From: Halobacteriovoraceae bacterium
Lineage (GTDB): Bacteria; Bdellovibrionota; Bacteriovoracia; Bacteriovoracales; Bacteriovoracaceae
Assembly (NCBI GenBank): GCA_963719505.1
Contig: CAVRCF010000005.1
Location: 96,001-160,000 of the forward strand
Direction: 5' to 3'
Length of the DNA: 64,000 nt
The position numbers and the translations under genes were made by a program. Shown one piece after another: positions 29,137-37,016 of this stretch (position 1 is the first letter of the stretch; each line of letters begins with the position of its first letter). The notes under the pieces were generated by a model. That model was not told the origin of the DNA. It did no database searches and worked only from the letters and a program-made list of their open reading frames with translations.

Positions 29137-29654
29137 TGAAATTTTTAATATTACTTTTAATAAGTTTTTCGGCATTTGCCAATTACATTCCAAAATCAAA
29201 GGTTGGAATTAAATCAAATTTAACAGTTTATTTGAATAAAGCTAAATGCGAAAAGAAAGAAAATGAATCTTGTATCAAAATAGATTCAACTTATAACTCT
29301 AATTATTCTGAATTAAGAGAGTTTACAGAGGTAGAAGGCGAATCAATTTCTTGTCTTGGTTTTTGTGAAGAAGAAATTAAAGAGCTTAAGTGCGATGAGG
29401 GTTTTGAAAAAAGAAAAGGTTTGGTTTCTGTTTATTGTTACAAAGCTATTCAAGAAAAAATAGTTATTAATGGTGCTAAAAAGATCCAGTATGATGCTGA
29501 CATTGCAAAAGCCAAGATGGATAAAGAAGAAAGAAAGGATGCGATAAAGTCCTTAAAGCAATCGGCTGTTTCAAAAGAGTGGAATGATCTAAGTGTTGTT
29601 GAGAGAAAGATTTTAATGGGGCTAGAGGTTTCAGATAGCGATCTCGGACTGTAG
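29136..29654 (+). CDS. Secreted Cys-rich protein at tail-fibre chaperone position
   Basis: MKFLILLLISFSAFA|NY; 6 Cys; coupled to fibre stop. Confidence 0.65.
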   Translation: MKFLILLLISFSAFANYIPKSKVGIKSNLTVYLNKAKCEKKENESCIKIDSTYNSNYSELREFTEVEGESISCLGFCEEEIKELKCDEGFEKRKGLVSVYCYKAIQEKIVINGAKKIQYDADIAKAKMDKEERKDAIKSLKQSAVSKEWNDLSVVERKILMGLEVSDSDLGL

Positions 29655-29657
29655 ACT

Positions 29658-30323
29658 TTGGACACAAGAGAAGTTAGTAGTCCAAATATTGAAAAGAGAG
29701 TTGAGACCCTTGAGAGAAGTCACGCTGAGATATTTGAGTCTCAAAAAAAGCTTCAGGAGTCACAAGAAAGTCTTCATAAGTCTCAACAAGAAACCTTCTC
29801 AATGGTCCAAGGTTTAACTACAAACCTTCAGGGTTGGGATGTAAAACATGGAGCCACAGAAAAAGCAATTTATAAGCTATCTATAAATGTCGAAAATATG
29901 CAAGGCAATTTCATAAATCTAAAAAAAGAGCAAGCGGAATCTCAAGACAAATTTCAAGTTGAGCAAAAGTCTTCGCAAGACAAATTTCAAGCAAGTATTG
30001 AGAAGCAATTAAAAGCTATGGCCAAAAGAGATTGGGCTACCTTGTTAACATTATTTATTATTGTTTGCGGTGGTGGCGTGGCTTTTGTTGACTATAGGTT
30101 TGATCCAGTTATTAGAGACGGCATAGCAAAGGATTCTACTGATAGAAGACAATATAATCTCTTCAACCAAAACACTGAAAAGCTTAACGCTCTCAACACT
30201 GAAGTGGCAACTGCTAGGGCTATTGTTGGTGAATCAAAAGAGAGAATAAACAAATTGGACAACGACAACACTGTTCTCAGAGAAAAAATTATTAGATTAG
30301 AAATAGAAAAAGAAAAGAAGTAG
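29658..30323 (+). CDS. Single-TM coiled-coil membrane protein, holin candidate
   Basis: One TM (WATLLTLFIIVCGGGVAFV) flanked by coiled coils; directly before endolysin. Confidence 0.5.
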   Translation: MDTREVSSPNIEKRVETLERSHAEIFESQKKLQESQESLHKSQQETFSMVQGLTTNLQGWDVKHGATEKAIYKLSINVENMQGNFINLKKEQAESQDKFQVEQKSSQDKFQASIEKQLKAMAKRDWATLLTLFIIVCGGGVAFVDYRFDPVIRDGIAKDSTDRRQYNLFNQNTEKLNALNTEVATARAIVGESKERINKLDNDNTVLREKIIRLEIEKEKK

Positions 30324-30327
30324 TATC

Positions 30328-30741
30328 ATGGACAATTTCTCGATTAAAAAAATGATCATATTTAGAAAAGGCACTTCAGCCAAAATTAGTGAAAACTTCA
30401 ATATTAATGAGTTTCATTGTAGTTGTAACTATAAGGCTTGTTTTTCAACTCAGTTGTCAGAAGATTTCTGTGTGGCCGCTCAGTCATCTAGGGTTGAGTT
30501 TGGTAAGAGAATTATTGTTAATTGTGGGAATAGATGTCAGTTAAGGAATAAGGATCTTGATGAGGAGCTTGGAGGTGGAAAGGTTTCAGAAACTTCTTCT
30601 CATCTCTTTGGTGATGCAGCTGACTTCACTTGCGAAAACCTAGAAGATCTCGATGAACTGGAGAGGGTGCTTAGAAAGCACTTTAGATTTGTAAAAAGAT
30701 ACAAAACTCACGTTCATGCCGATACACGGCTACTAAAATAG
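30328..30741 (+). CDS. Endolysin, peptidase M15A family
   Basis: ISENFNINEF.C, CGNRC...N, SSHLFGDAADF, HVHADTR zinc-peptidase motifs. Confidence 0.88.
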   Translation: MDNFSIKKMIIFRKGTSAKISENFNINEFHCSCNYKACFSTQLSEDFCVAAQSSRVEFGKRIIVNCGNRCQLRNKDLDEELGGGKVSETSSHLFGDAADFTCENLEDLDELERVLRKHFRFVKRYKTHVHADTRLLK

Positions 30742-30750
30742 GAGATTAAT

Positions 30751-31020
30751 ATGAATAAGTTCAAGTTTCAATTTAAAGGAACATCAGCAGAAGTGGCATA
30801 CGATGGAAATTCTGATGGTGAAGACTCACTAGCTCTTAAACTTCAGTTGGGTGAGGTTTATCAAGAGTTAATGGCTAAAGGTGAGGCAAAGGTTGATGCT
30901 GTGGTTAGTTTTAAGAGAAATGGTGGAAAGATCCAAATTTCTGTTGATACAGATAAAGATGGTGAAGCAGCTCTAACTCTAGACGCTGACATCCTTGAGG
31001 GAATCGAAGAATCTTTTTAA
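30751..31020 (+). CDS. Hypothetical protein with two DxDxDG-type motifs
   Basis: YDGNSDGE and VDTDKDGE in an internally duplicated 89 aa protein; AGGAG RBS. Confidence 0.7.
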   Translation: MNKFKFQFKGTSAEVAYDGNSDGEDSLALKLQLGEVYQELMAKGEAKVDAVVSFKRNGGKIQISVDTDKDGEAALTLDADILEGIEESF

Positions 31021-31031
31021 TAGGTGACTAA

Positions 31032-31148
31032 GTGAATAAGTGGCTCAGCATTACGAAGAACATATTGATGCTTGGGCCACTTATACCAATTTTTTTTAAG
31101 TCTTTGAAAGTTGCGTGGCACACGATTAAGGATTGGAATAAGAAGTGA
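31032..31148 (+). CDS. 38 aa cationic amphipathic peptide in lysis module, not in ORF track
   Basis: GTG start with AGGTGA RBS; MNKWLSITKNILMLGPLIPIFFKSLKVAWHTIKDWNKK; GTGA overlap with next gene. Confidence 0.55.
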   Translation: MNKWLSITKNILMLGPLIPIFFKSLKVAWHTIKDWNKK

Positions 31149-31384
31149 AGTTTTTAATTATAGGATTGATACTTATGGGAACGGCTCTGGTTGTTATGAA
31201 TTTGGCTATTGAGGCACTTAAGAAAGTGCCTGATTTTGATGAGAAAAAGTTAAGGGAGCTGGAGAGAGCTCGTGATGCTTTGGCTTTTGCGATAACTCAA
31301 GAAGATTCAGACTTACTTCTTTACTCAAAGAATAGAGTTGAGAATTTATCCTCAACATATTCAGACATACTTAAGGCGGCTTAA
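31145..31384 (+). CDS. i-spanin-like inner membrane protein
   Basis: N-terminal TM then helical periplasmic domain; precedes lipoprotein. Confidence 0.6.
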   Translation: MKFLIIGLILMGTALVVMNLAIEALKKVPDFDEKKLRELERARDALAFAITQEDSDLLLYSKNRVENLSSTYSDILKAA

Positions 31385-31668
31385 TGATAAGGTTATTTGT
31401 AGTGGTTTTTGCTCTGTCGGCTTCGATAATTGCTTGTTCTATGGGTGGGAGACCTGTGATCGATAGATCTTTGTTTAAGAGCCTTTTTTATCTTGATGAC
31501 AAAACAGGTGTGGCCTACAAGAAAGAGTGTCCTAGCAAGAGAGATTCAAGGGGTAGATGTAAAAGCGAGTTAGTTAAAAAGCCAATTGATCTGTGTGAGG
31601 ATAAGACCTTTAGATCTCTAGTTAGGGAGAGGTATATTTTGGTGAAAGAAAGTGATTTTTTAAACTAG
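31384..31668 (+). CDS. o-spanin-like lipoprotein
   Basis: Signal with lipobox IIAC; last gene of late operon; additional Cys. Confidence 0.65.
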   Translation: MIRLFVVVFALSASIIACSMGGRPVIDRSLFKSLFYLDDKTGVAYKKECPSKRDSRGRCKSELVKKPIDLCEDKTFRSLVRERYILVKESDFLN

Positions 31669-31757
31669 CTAAGTGCTTAATTTATTTAGACGCAATGTAG
31701 TAAGTCACCTAATTTGTTACAATGTAGTCACATTTTGTATATACAAACCGATAAATA

Positions 31758-31766
31758 TGTTAGAAT
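31758..31766 (+). promoter_or_regulatory. Extended -10 promoter (TGnTAGAAT) pointing into the peptide gene on the opposite strand
   Basis: TGTTAGAAT; no plus-strand ORF follows; ACCGATAA (sigma28-like -10) at 31747-31754 and CAATGTAGT direct repeats upstream. Confidence 0.4.
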
Positions 31767-31823
31767 CTAAAAAGGAAGGGCGTAAACCCGTCAACACGTT
31801 GACGAGCAATACCCTTTGATTTA

Positions 31824-31907
31824 CTAAAGATTTGCTAAGAATTCGATGACAGCTGCAACTATCTCGACCACAATTTTAGCGATCTTTAAACCTTTCAGAA
31901 TACTCAT
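31824..31907 (-). CDS. 27 aa amphipathic membrane peptide, putative type I toxin, not in ORF track
   Basis: MSILKGLKIAKIVVEIVAAVIEFLANL; AAGGAG RBS 9 nt upstream; tandem stops TAG TAA; flanked by hairpins. Confidence 0.65.
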   Translation of the reverse strand: MSILKGLKIAKIVVEIVAAVIEFLANL

Positions 31908-32174
31908 AAGAACATTCTCCTTTGTTATGGGCGTTTTTACCCAAATAAAAACGCCTGTTAATCTCTGACCATTTGGGAGTCTCTCCCTAGCTTTTCAGCT
32001 CTCCACTTGCATTGCCTTAGATTAACCGCCACAAAGTATATCTATTATCCCAGAGTATCAATTCAATATCTACCTCTTTGCTCAAGAATCACTATATTAA
32101 TTTTAGGGGGCCTCTGGAAACTCAAAAGGATAATAGATTCAATAAAAATGCAGAAATATTGGAATTATTTTGGT

Positions 32175-32199
32175 CGCACAAATGGCGCACAAATCGCAC
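32175..32199. repeat. Short direct repeats, probable integrase arm-binding sites
   Basis: CGCACAAAT (32175-32183), CGCACAAAT (32186-32194), CGCAC (32195-32199), about 70 bp inside the tRNA 3' end. Confidence 0.55.
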
Positions 32200-32266
32200 C
32201 TAGTTATTACGGATACTTATGAAGGCGATGATTTTGTGGAAAACTAGGATAAATACTTGAAATAAA

Positions 32267-32343
32267 TGGTAGTGAGAGGCAGATTTGAACTGCCGACCTT
32301 CGGGATATGAATCCGATGCTCTAACCAACTGAGCTACCCCACC
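32267..32343 (-). tRNA. tRNA with CAT anticodon (elongator Met most likely; Ile2 not excluded), prophage attachment site
   Basis: GGTGGGGTAGCTCAGTTGGTTAGAGCATCGGATTCATATCCCGAAGGTCGGCAGTTCAAATCTGCCTCTCACTACCA folds as cloverleaf, CCA encoded; lacks initiator features. Confidence 0.95.
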
Positions 32344-32365
32344 ACATTGAAAAACGAGTCCGTGT

Positions 32366-32394
32366 ATATTAATTTGCTAGTCCTGTGATGTCAA
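32366..32394 (-). promoter_or_regulatory. Sigma70 promoter of tRNA gene
   Basis: TTGACA-17 nt-TAATAT on minus strand. Confidence 0.65.
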
Positions 32395-32436
32395 TAAGTT
32401 GTGTACACTTATGTTAAAATTTTTTATGCTCAACAG

Positions 32437-33678
32437 ATGAAATATCCAACTGGAAAATTATACTTGGCGAAAGTCGAAGAGACAGTAAAAGCCTTTGTTG
32501 ATAAGCATGAGCTCATTATGGGCCAAAAAATTATCGTCGCGGTATCAGGTGGAGTCGATTCATTGGCCCTTCTTCATATCCTTCAAAGATGCGGATATTC
32601 CACAAAAACCTTATACATAAACCATGGAACCAGAGCATCTCAAAATACAGAACAAAACTTAGTCAAAAAAACCGCTGAACTTCTAGGGGTCAGCTGCGCG
32701 ACTTTTAAAATAAAAAATTTGCAGATGAGTAACTTTGAAAATAGTGCAAGAGAACAAAGGCAGAGGATATATGAGTATATGTCTCACGATGGTCATCTTG
32801 TAGCCTTGGGTCATCATATTGATGACTCCTTTGAATGGTCGTTGATGCAAAAGTCAAAGTCTTCCAATGTCTTAAGTTCTATAGGAATTCCGGTTAAGAA
32901 TAAGCATTTAATTAGACCTTTAATGTGTTTAACCAAAAAGCAAATTAGGCGCTATGCAAAGATTGCGGGAATTAAATCCCTTGAAGACCCAACTAATAAA
33001 GAAAATAGGTTTGAGAGAAATTACTTTCGAAATGAAGTTATACCTCTTATTGCTAAACGCCATCCACAGTATTTAAAGCATTACGTGAATCAACAAAATG
33101 AGCTCGTGAGAATCATGGGCTTAGGCCTAAAGCGTTCAAAGTCTTCATTTAAAATTGATATTAAAAAGGATTCTGTTCTTATTTATTCTTTTGATAAAAA
33201 TAGTGATCTCGATTCTTTAGAGAAACTTATCCTTGAGGGTGTAAAGAGTTTAAGTTCCAAAAAGAGGGGAACTTTAAATATTCAGATTAAAAAAATTAAA
33301 CAAGCATTAGTGAATAATAAAAATGGACCTCTTCTTTTGACAGACGGTGTTCACGCCTTTGTTTCCACCAATGCTATTTTACTTAGTAAGAAAAAGTCTC
33401 GAAAGCCTTTAGGCAAAAAGTCCTATAAAAATCTGGATCTGGATGGATTTAAATATCTTTTGAAATCAAAAATTTCTCAACATGAGAATTTTCCGCACTG
33501 GGTAGAGCTTGATGAGTTCACTCGGGTAGTAACGGTAAATAAACGCGTCTATCCCTATAATAAAGATCAATCAGTTGATTTAATACACAGGCAAGTACCA
33601 CATCAAAATGCTTTTAAATTATTGTTGCAATGGGACACAGATAAAAATCGTGGGAAAATGCTAGATCTTACTTTTTAA
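32437..33678 (+). CDS. tilS: tRNA(Ile)-lysidine synthase
   Basis: AVSGGVDS PP-loop, GHHIDD, IRPL, EDPTN...ERNYFR; upstream of ftsH; start uncertain (32401-32437). Confidence 0.93.
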   Translation: MKYPTGKLYLAKVEETVKAFVDKHELIMGQKIIVAVSGGVDSLALLHILQRCGYSTKTLYINHGTRASQNTEQNLVKKTAELLGVSCATFKIKNLQMSNFENSAREQRQRIYEYMSHDGHLVALGHHIDDSFEWSLMQKSKSSNVLSSIGIPVKNKHLIRPLMCLTKKQIRRYAKIAGIKSLEDPTNKENRFERNYFRNEVIPLIAKRHPQYLKHYVNQQNELVRIMGLGLKRSKSSFKIDIKKDSVLIYSFDKNSDLDSLEKLILEGVKSLSSKKRGTLNIQIKKIKQALVNNKNGPLLLTDGVHAFVSTNAILLSKKKSRKPLGKKSYKNLDLDGFKYLLKSKISQHENFPHWVELDEFTRVVTVNKRVYPYNKDQSVDLIHRQVPHQNAFKLLLQWDTDKNRGKMLDLTF

Positions 33679-33759
33679 CTCAATACCGTGCTTGCACAAC
33701 AGACTTATTCCCTTTAAAATTATCTGGTTACAAATGTTGTTACAGTCTAAGGAAAGAAA

Positions 33760-35679
33760 ATGAAAAAACAGCAAAAAACATTGGCCTTGTGGATCGTCGT
33801 TATTTTAGCTTTTGCTTTTATCGCGAAGGTCTTTGATGAAAGAGCGCCAATTGCTAAACCAATAGAATACTCTGACTTTATCAATGCGGTTGAACAAGAT
33901 CGCGTTCAAAGTGTCACTTTTAAAGGGACCAATACAATTGAAGGTCAGTTCGTCGATGGATATGAAAAAGGAAAAGCCTTCTCATTAACTGGTAATACAG
34001 GGGATGAGACTTTTAAGATTTTAAGAGATAAAGGAATTATTCCTAATTATAAAAAAGAAGAGAAACAAAGTTTTCTAAGCACATTGTTTATCAACTGGTT
34101 TCCAATGATTCTTCTTTTTGTGATCTTCTTTTTCTTTTTAAGACAGCTTCAATCCGGTGGCGGAAAGGCCATGAGTTTTGGAAAGTCAAAAGCAAAAATG
34201 CTCAATGAAAATGATAAGAAAGTGACTTTTATTGACGTCTCTGGTGTTGAAGAAGCAAAAGAGGAGTTAGTTGAGGTTGTCGATTTCTTAAAAGATCCAA
34301 GAAAATATACAAAGCTTGGTGGTAAAATTCCTAAAGGTGTTTTACTTGTCGGTCCTCCGGGAACGGGGAAGACTTTATTGGCAAGAGCTGTTGCCGGAGA
34401 GGCAGGAGTTCCATTTTTCTCAATCTCTGGTTCGGACTTTGTGGAAATGTTTGTCGGTGTTGGGGCTTCAAGAGTAAGAGATCTCTTTGAGCAAGGAAAG
34501 AAGAACGCTCCTTGTATTATCTTTATCGATGAGATCGATGCTGTTGGTCGCCACAGAGGTGGTGGAACCGGTGGTGGACACGATGAAAGAGAGCAAACTC
34601 TCAACCAGATGCTCGTTGAGATGGATGGTTTTGAATCGAATGAAGGGGTCATTATTATGGCCGCAACCAACAGAGTTGATGTTCTCGATCCAGCTCTTTT
34701 AAGACCAGGTCGTTTTGATAGAAGAGTAACAGTTGGACGCCCAGATGTTCGAGGAAGACTTGGTATTTTAAAAGTTCACACAAGAAAAACTCCGATGTCA
34801 GATAAAGTAGATTTAGAAGTGATTGCAAAAGGTACTCCAGGATTTACTGGTGCTGACCTGGCAAACCTTGTTAACGAAGCTGCTCTACTAGCGGCCAGAG
34901 AAAATAAAACTCAACTAGAGACTATTGATTTTGAAAACGCTAAAGATAAAGTTCTTATGGGTGTTGCTAGAAAATCAATGGTGATCTCAGATGTTGAAAA
35001 AAGAAATACAGCTTTTCACGAAATTGGTCACGCACTGGTTGGGCTTAAACTTCCAACTTGTGATCCTATTCATAAGGTCTCTATTATTCCTCGAGGAGGA
35101 GCACTAGGGGTTACTGTTTCTCTTCCAGCGGAAGATAGGCTGAGTATCTCTAAAAAGCGTGCCAATAATGAAATTGCCATGATGTTAGGGGGAAGACTCG
35201 CAGAAGAACTCATTTTCAGTGACTACACAGCGGGTGCTTCAAATGATATTGAAAGAGCGACACAGATGGCCCGCAGAATGGTTTGTAACTGGGGAATGAG
35301 TGATAAGCTTGGAACGGTGAATTTCACTAATAACCCTCATACACCTTTTGGTTATGGGCAAGGAGCTGATAACTCTTCTTACTCTGAAGAGACAGCAAGA
35401 ATGATCGATGAAGAAGTGTCGATGATTATTAGAAGTAATTATGAGGTCGCAAAACAGATTCTTCAAGATAACCAAGACACTTTAGTTAAATTATCTGAGG
35501 CGCTCATTGTGTGGGAAACCTTAGACGGTGCTCAAATTAATGAGATTATCGCCGGTAAAGATATTGGTCTGCCATCAATGACTGATGTAGAAGCTAAAAA
35601 TGCTGAAGAAATAAAAGAAGAGAAGAAAGAATCAAGTGATAAGGGACCTGCAATAGATCCCACGCCAACTCCCGCATAA
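33760..35679 (+). CDS. ftsH: ATP-dependent zinc metalloprotease FtsH
   Basis: 2 TMs, [21 protein letters not shown]. Confidence 0.99.
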   Translation: MKKQQKTLALWIVVILAFAFIAKVFDERAPIAKPIEYSDFINAVEQDRVQSVTFKGTNTIEGQFVDGYEKGKAFSLTGNTGDETFKILRDKGIIPNYKKEEKQSFLSTLFINWFPMILLFVIFFFFLRQLQSGGGKAMSFGKSKAKMLNENDKKVTFIDVSGVEEAKEELVEVVDFLKDPRKYTKLGGKIPKGVLLVGPPGTGKTLLARAVAGEAGVPFFSISGSDFVEMFVGVGASRVRDLFEQGKKNAPCIIFIDEIDAVGRHRGGGTGGGHDEREQTLNQMLVEMDGFESNEGVIIMAATNRVDVLDPALLRPGRFDRRVTVGRPDVRGRLGILKVHTRKTPMSDKVDLEVIAKGTPGFTGADLANLVNEAALLAARENKTQLETIDFENAKDKVLMGVARKSMVISDVEKRNTAFHEIGHALVGLKLPTCDPIHKVSIIPRGGALGVTVSLPAEDRLSISKKRANNEIAMMLGGRLAEELIFSDYTAGASNDIERATQMARRMVCNWGMSDKLGTVNFTNNPHTPFGYGQGADNSSYSEETARMIDEEVSMIIRSNYEVAKQILQDNQDTLVKLSEALIVWETLDGAQINEIIAGKDIGLPSMTDVEAKNAEEIKEEKKESSDKGPAIDPTPTPA

Positions 35680-36546
35680 ATGAAAACATTAAAAAGTATG
35701 GGGGTAATTAATATTACCCCTAACTCTTTTTCAGACGGTAACCTTTATAATTCAACTCAATCCTTTCAAAAAAAAATTAAGTCTCAAAAAAATTGGGCCG
35801 ATATTATTGATATAGGTGCTGAAAGTACGGCTCCAAAAAATTCAGCTATCTCGGCTTTGGATGAATTCAAACGCTTTGAGCAAACTCTTCTTCCCTTTGT
35901 TCAAAATCATAAGCCTCTATCAACAATCTCTATTGATACTTATAAACCAGAAGTTTTTTATGAGGTTTACCACCTGATAAAGTCTTATTGGCCAAAGACG
36001 AAAATTATTTTTAATGATGTATCGGGAGTTCTCGATGACGATCTTTATTCTCTTTTTGGTGACAAAAAAATGAAATTTGACTACGTCCTTTGCCACAATA
36101 GGGTCAAGGATAGAGGTGATGTGCAAAATCACAGTAAACGCATCTTTAAAGGCACAGATGATGAGCTTTTAGTTGAGATGATTATCTTTTTTAAAAAGGC
36201 CATCGATAAACTCTCTTTTTCAAAAAGAAAAATTATTGTGGATCCTTGTTTTGGTTTTGCTAAGTCTCGCACGCAAAACCAATTTCTTTTAAAAAATATC
36301 AATAAGCTCATCTCCAGTCTTCCTATTGAGAATGCATTTCTATACGGCATTAGCCGCAAATCCTTTTTAAGATTCCCAAAAGAGATGGATGCCAAAACGG
36401 TTGAGAATCAAATGATACTCGATCAGATGCAAGCTATTCTTATTCATAAATTGATTCAACAAAATCATCGTCGCGAGTTTATTTTTAGGCTTCATTCTCA
36501 GGAGAGTCTAATTAGTGCTTTAAATATCGAAAAAATTCTACAATAA
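35680..36546 (+). CDS. folP: Dihydropteroate synthase
   Basis: MGVINITPNSFSDG, DIGAEST, SIDTYK, DPCFGFAK, GISRKS; follows ftsH. Confidence 0.93.
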   Translation: MKTLKSMGVINITPNSFSDGNLYNSTQSFQKKIKSQKNWADIIDIGAESTAPKNSAISALDEFKRFEQTLLPFVQNHKPLSTISIDTYKPEVFYEVYHLIKSYWPKTKIIFNDVSGVLDDDLYSLFGDKKMKFDYVLCHNRVKDRGDVQNHSKRIFKGTDDELLVEMIIFFKKAIDKLSFSKRKIIVDPCFGFAKSRTQNQFLLKNINKLISSLPIENAFLYGISRKSFLRFPKEMDAKTVENQMILDQMQAILIHKLIQQNHRREFIFRLHSQESLISALNIEKILQ

Positions 36547-36553
36547 TCTGAAG

Positions 36554-36955
36554 ATGAATATTCGTCTCAATAAAATCATGGTTGCCACCAAGGATAGAGT
36601 GAAAAGTTTTAACTTTTTCTCCTTTGTGTTTGATGCTGATATTGAGACAGATAGTGAAGGGGTAGAGTATCTGGTTCTAGACTCGGTGAGGCTGTACTTT
36701 GATGAATCTATGAAAGTCTCCACAAAGTACTACAGTTTCATTTTTAGCCTCACAACAGCTCAGGACTTTATCTACTTTAAGCAAAAACTTAAGCTTGCCT
36801 ATTATAAAGACGCTATGAAGTCTAAAATCACCAAAGAGAGTGAAACATTTGTTGAGTTTAAAGATCCCTCCGGTAATCTTTGGCGCACCGAGGTGCAAAT
36901 ACCTCGAATAAAGGCAAATTATCCCGCAGAAGCCAGCAATGTAAGAAACTTTTAG
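36554..36955 (+). CDS. VOC/glyoxalase-like protein
   Basis: C-terminal FKDPSGNLW motif. Confidence 0.5.
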   Translation: MNIRLNKIMVATKDRVKSFNFFSFVFDADIETDSEGVEYLVLDSVRLYFDESMKVSTKYYSFIFSLTTAQDFIYFKQKLKLAYYKDAMKSKITKESETFVEFKDPSGNLWRTEVQIPRIKANYPAEASNVRNF

Positions 36956-37016
36956 TTCTCACACCCTGATTATATATCTAGACTATAAAGTACAAATCAA
37001 ACATCAAGGATGAAAT

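Larger units (their letters stand above)
1..32266. mobile_element. Temperate prophage (myovirus, Mu-like structural module, lambdoid-style early region), left end outside window, integrated at 3' end of tRNA(CAT)
   Basis: Contiguous phage genes (repressor switch, ERF/YqaJ, terminases, portal, capsid, sheath, tube, tape measure, baseplate, fibres, lysis) ending next to the CCA end of a tRNA gene; host housekeeping genes begin on the other side. Confidence 0.95.

Noticed and set aside
17277-29654. Interpretation as tailocin, eCIS or T6SS
   Set aside because: Complete head, portal, terminase, repressor and replication genes are present, so this is a phage
27283-29654. Diversity-generating retroelement or invertible fibre cassette
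   Set aside because: No reverse transcriptase, template repeat, invertase or inverted fibre copy visible in the window
29940-29995. Duplicated CAAGACAAATTTCAAG
   Set aside because: In-frame 11-codon duplication in a coiled coil; not a mobile-element footprint
32007-32222. 71 aa ORF in the track near the att site
   Set aside because: TTG start without RBS, overlaps fold-back structure and arm repeats; probably non-coding
32267-32343. Calling the tRNA Ile2 because it neighbours tilS, or initiator fMet
   Set aside because: Lacks C4-G69/C5-G68 TilS determinants known from E. coli, and lacks the C1:A72 mismatch and three G-C anticodon pairs of initiators; left as probable elongator Met
35680-36546. 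Divergent FolP motifs (TPNSFSDG, FRLHSQ) as sign of a sul-type resistance gene
   Set aside because: Normal ftsH-folP chromosomal context; divergence alone is insufficient
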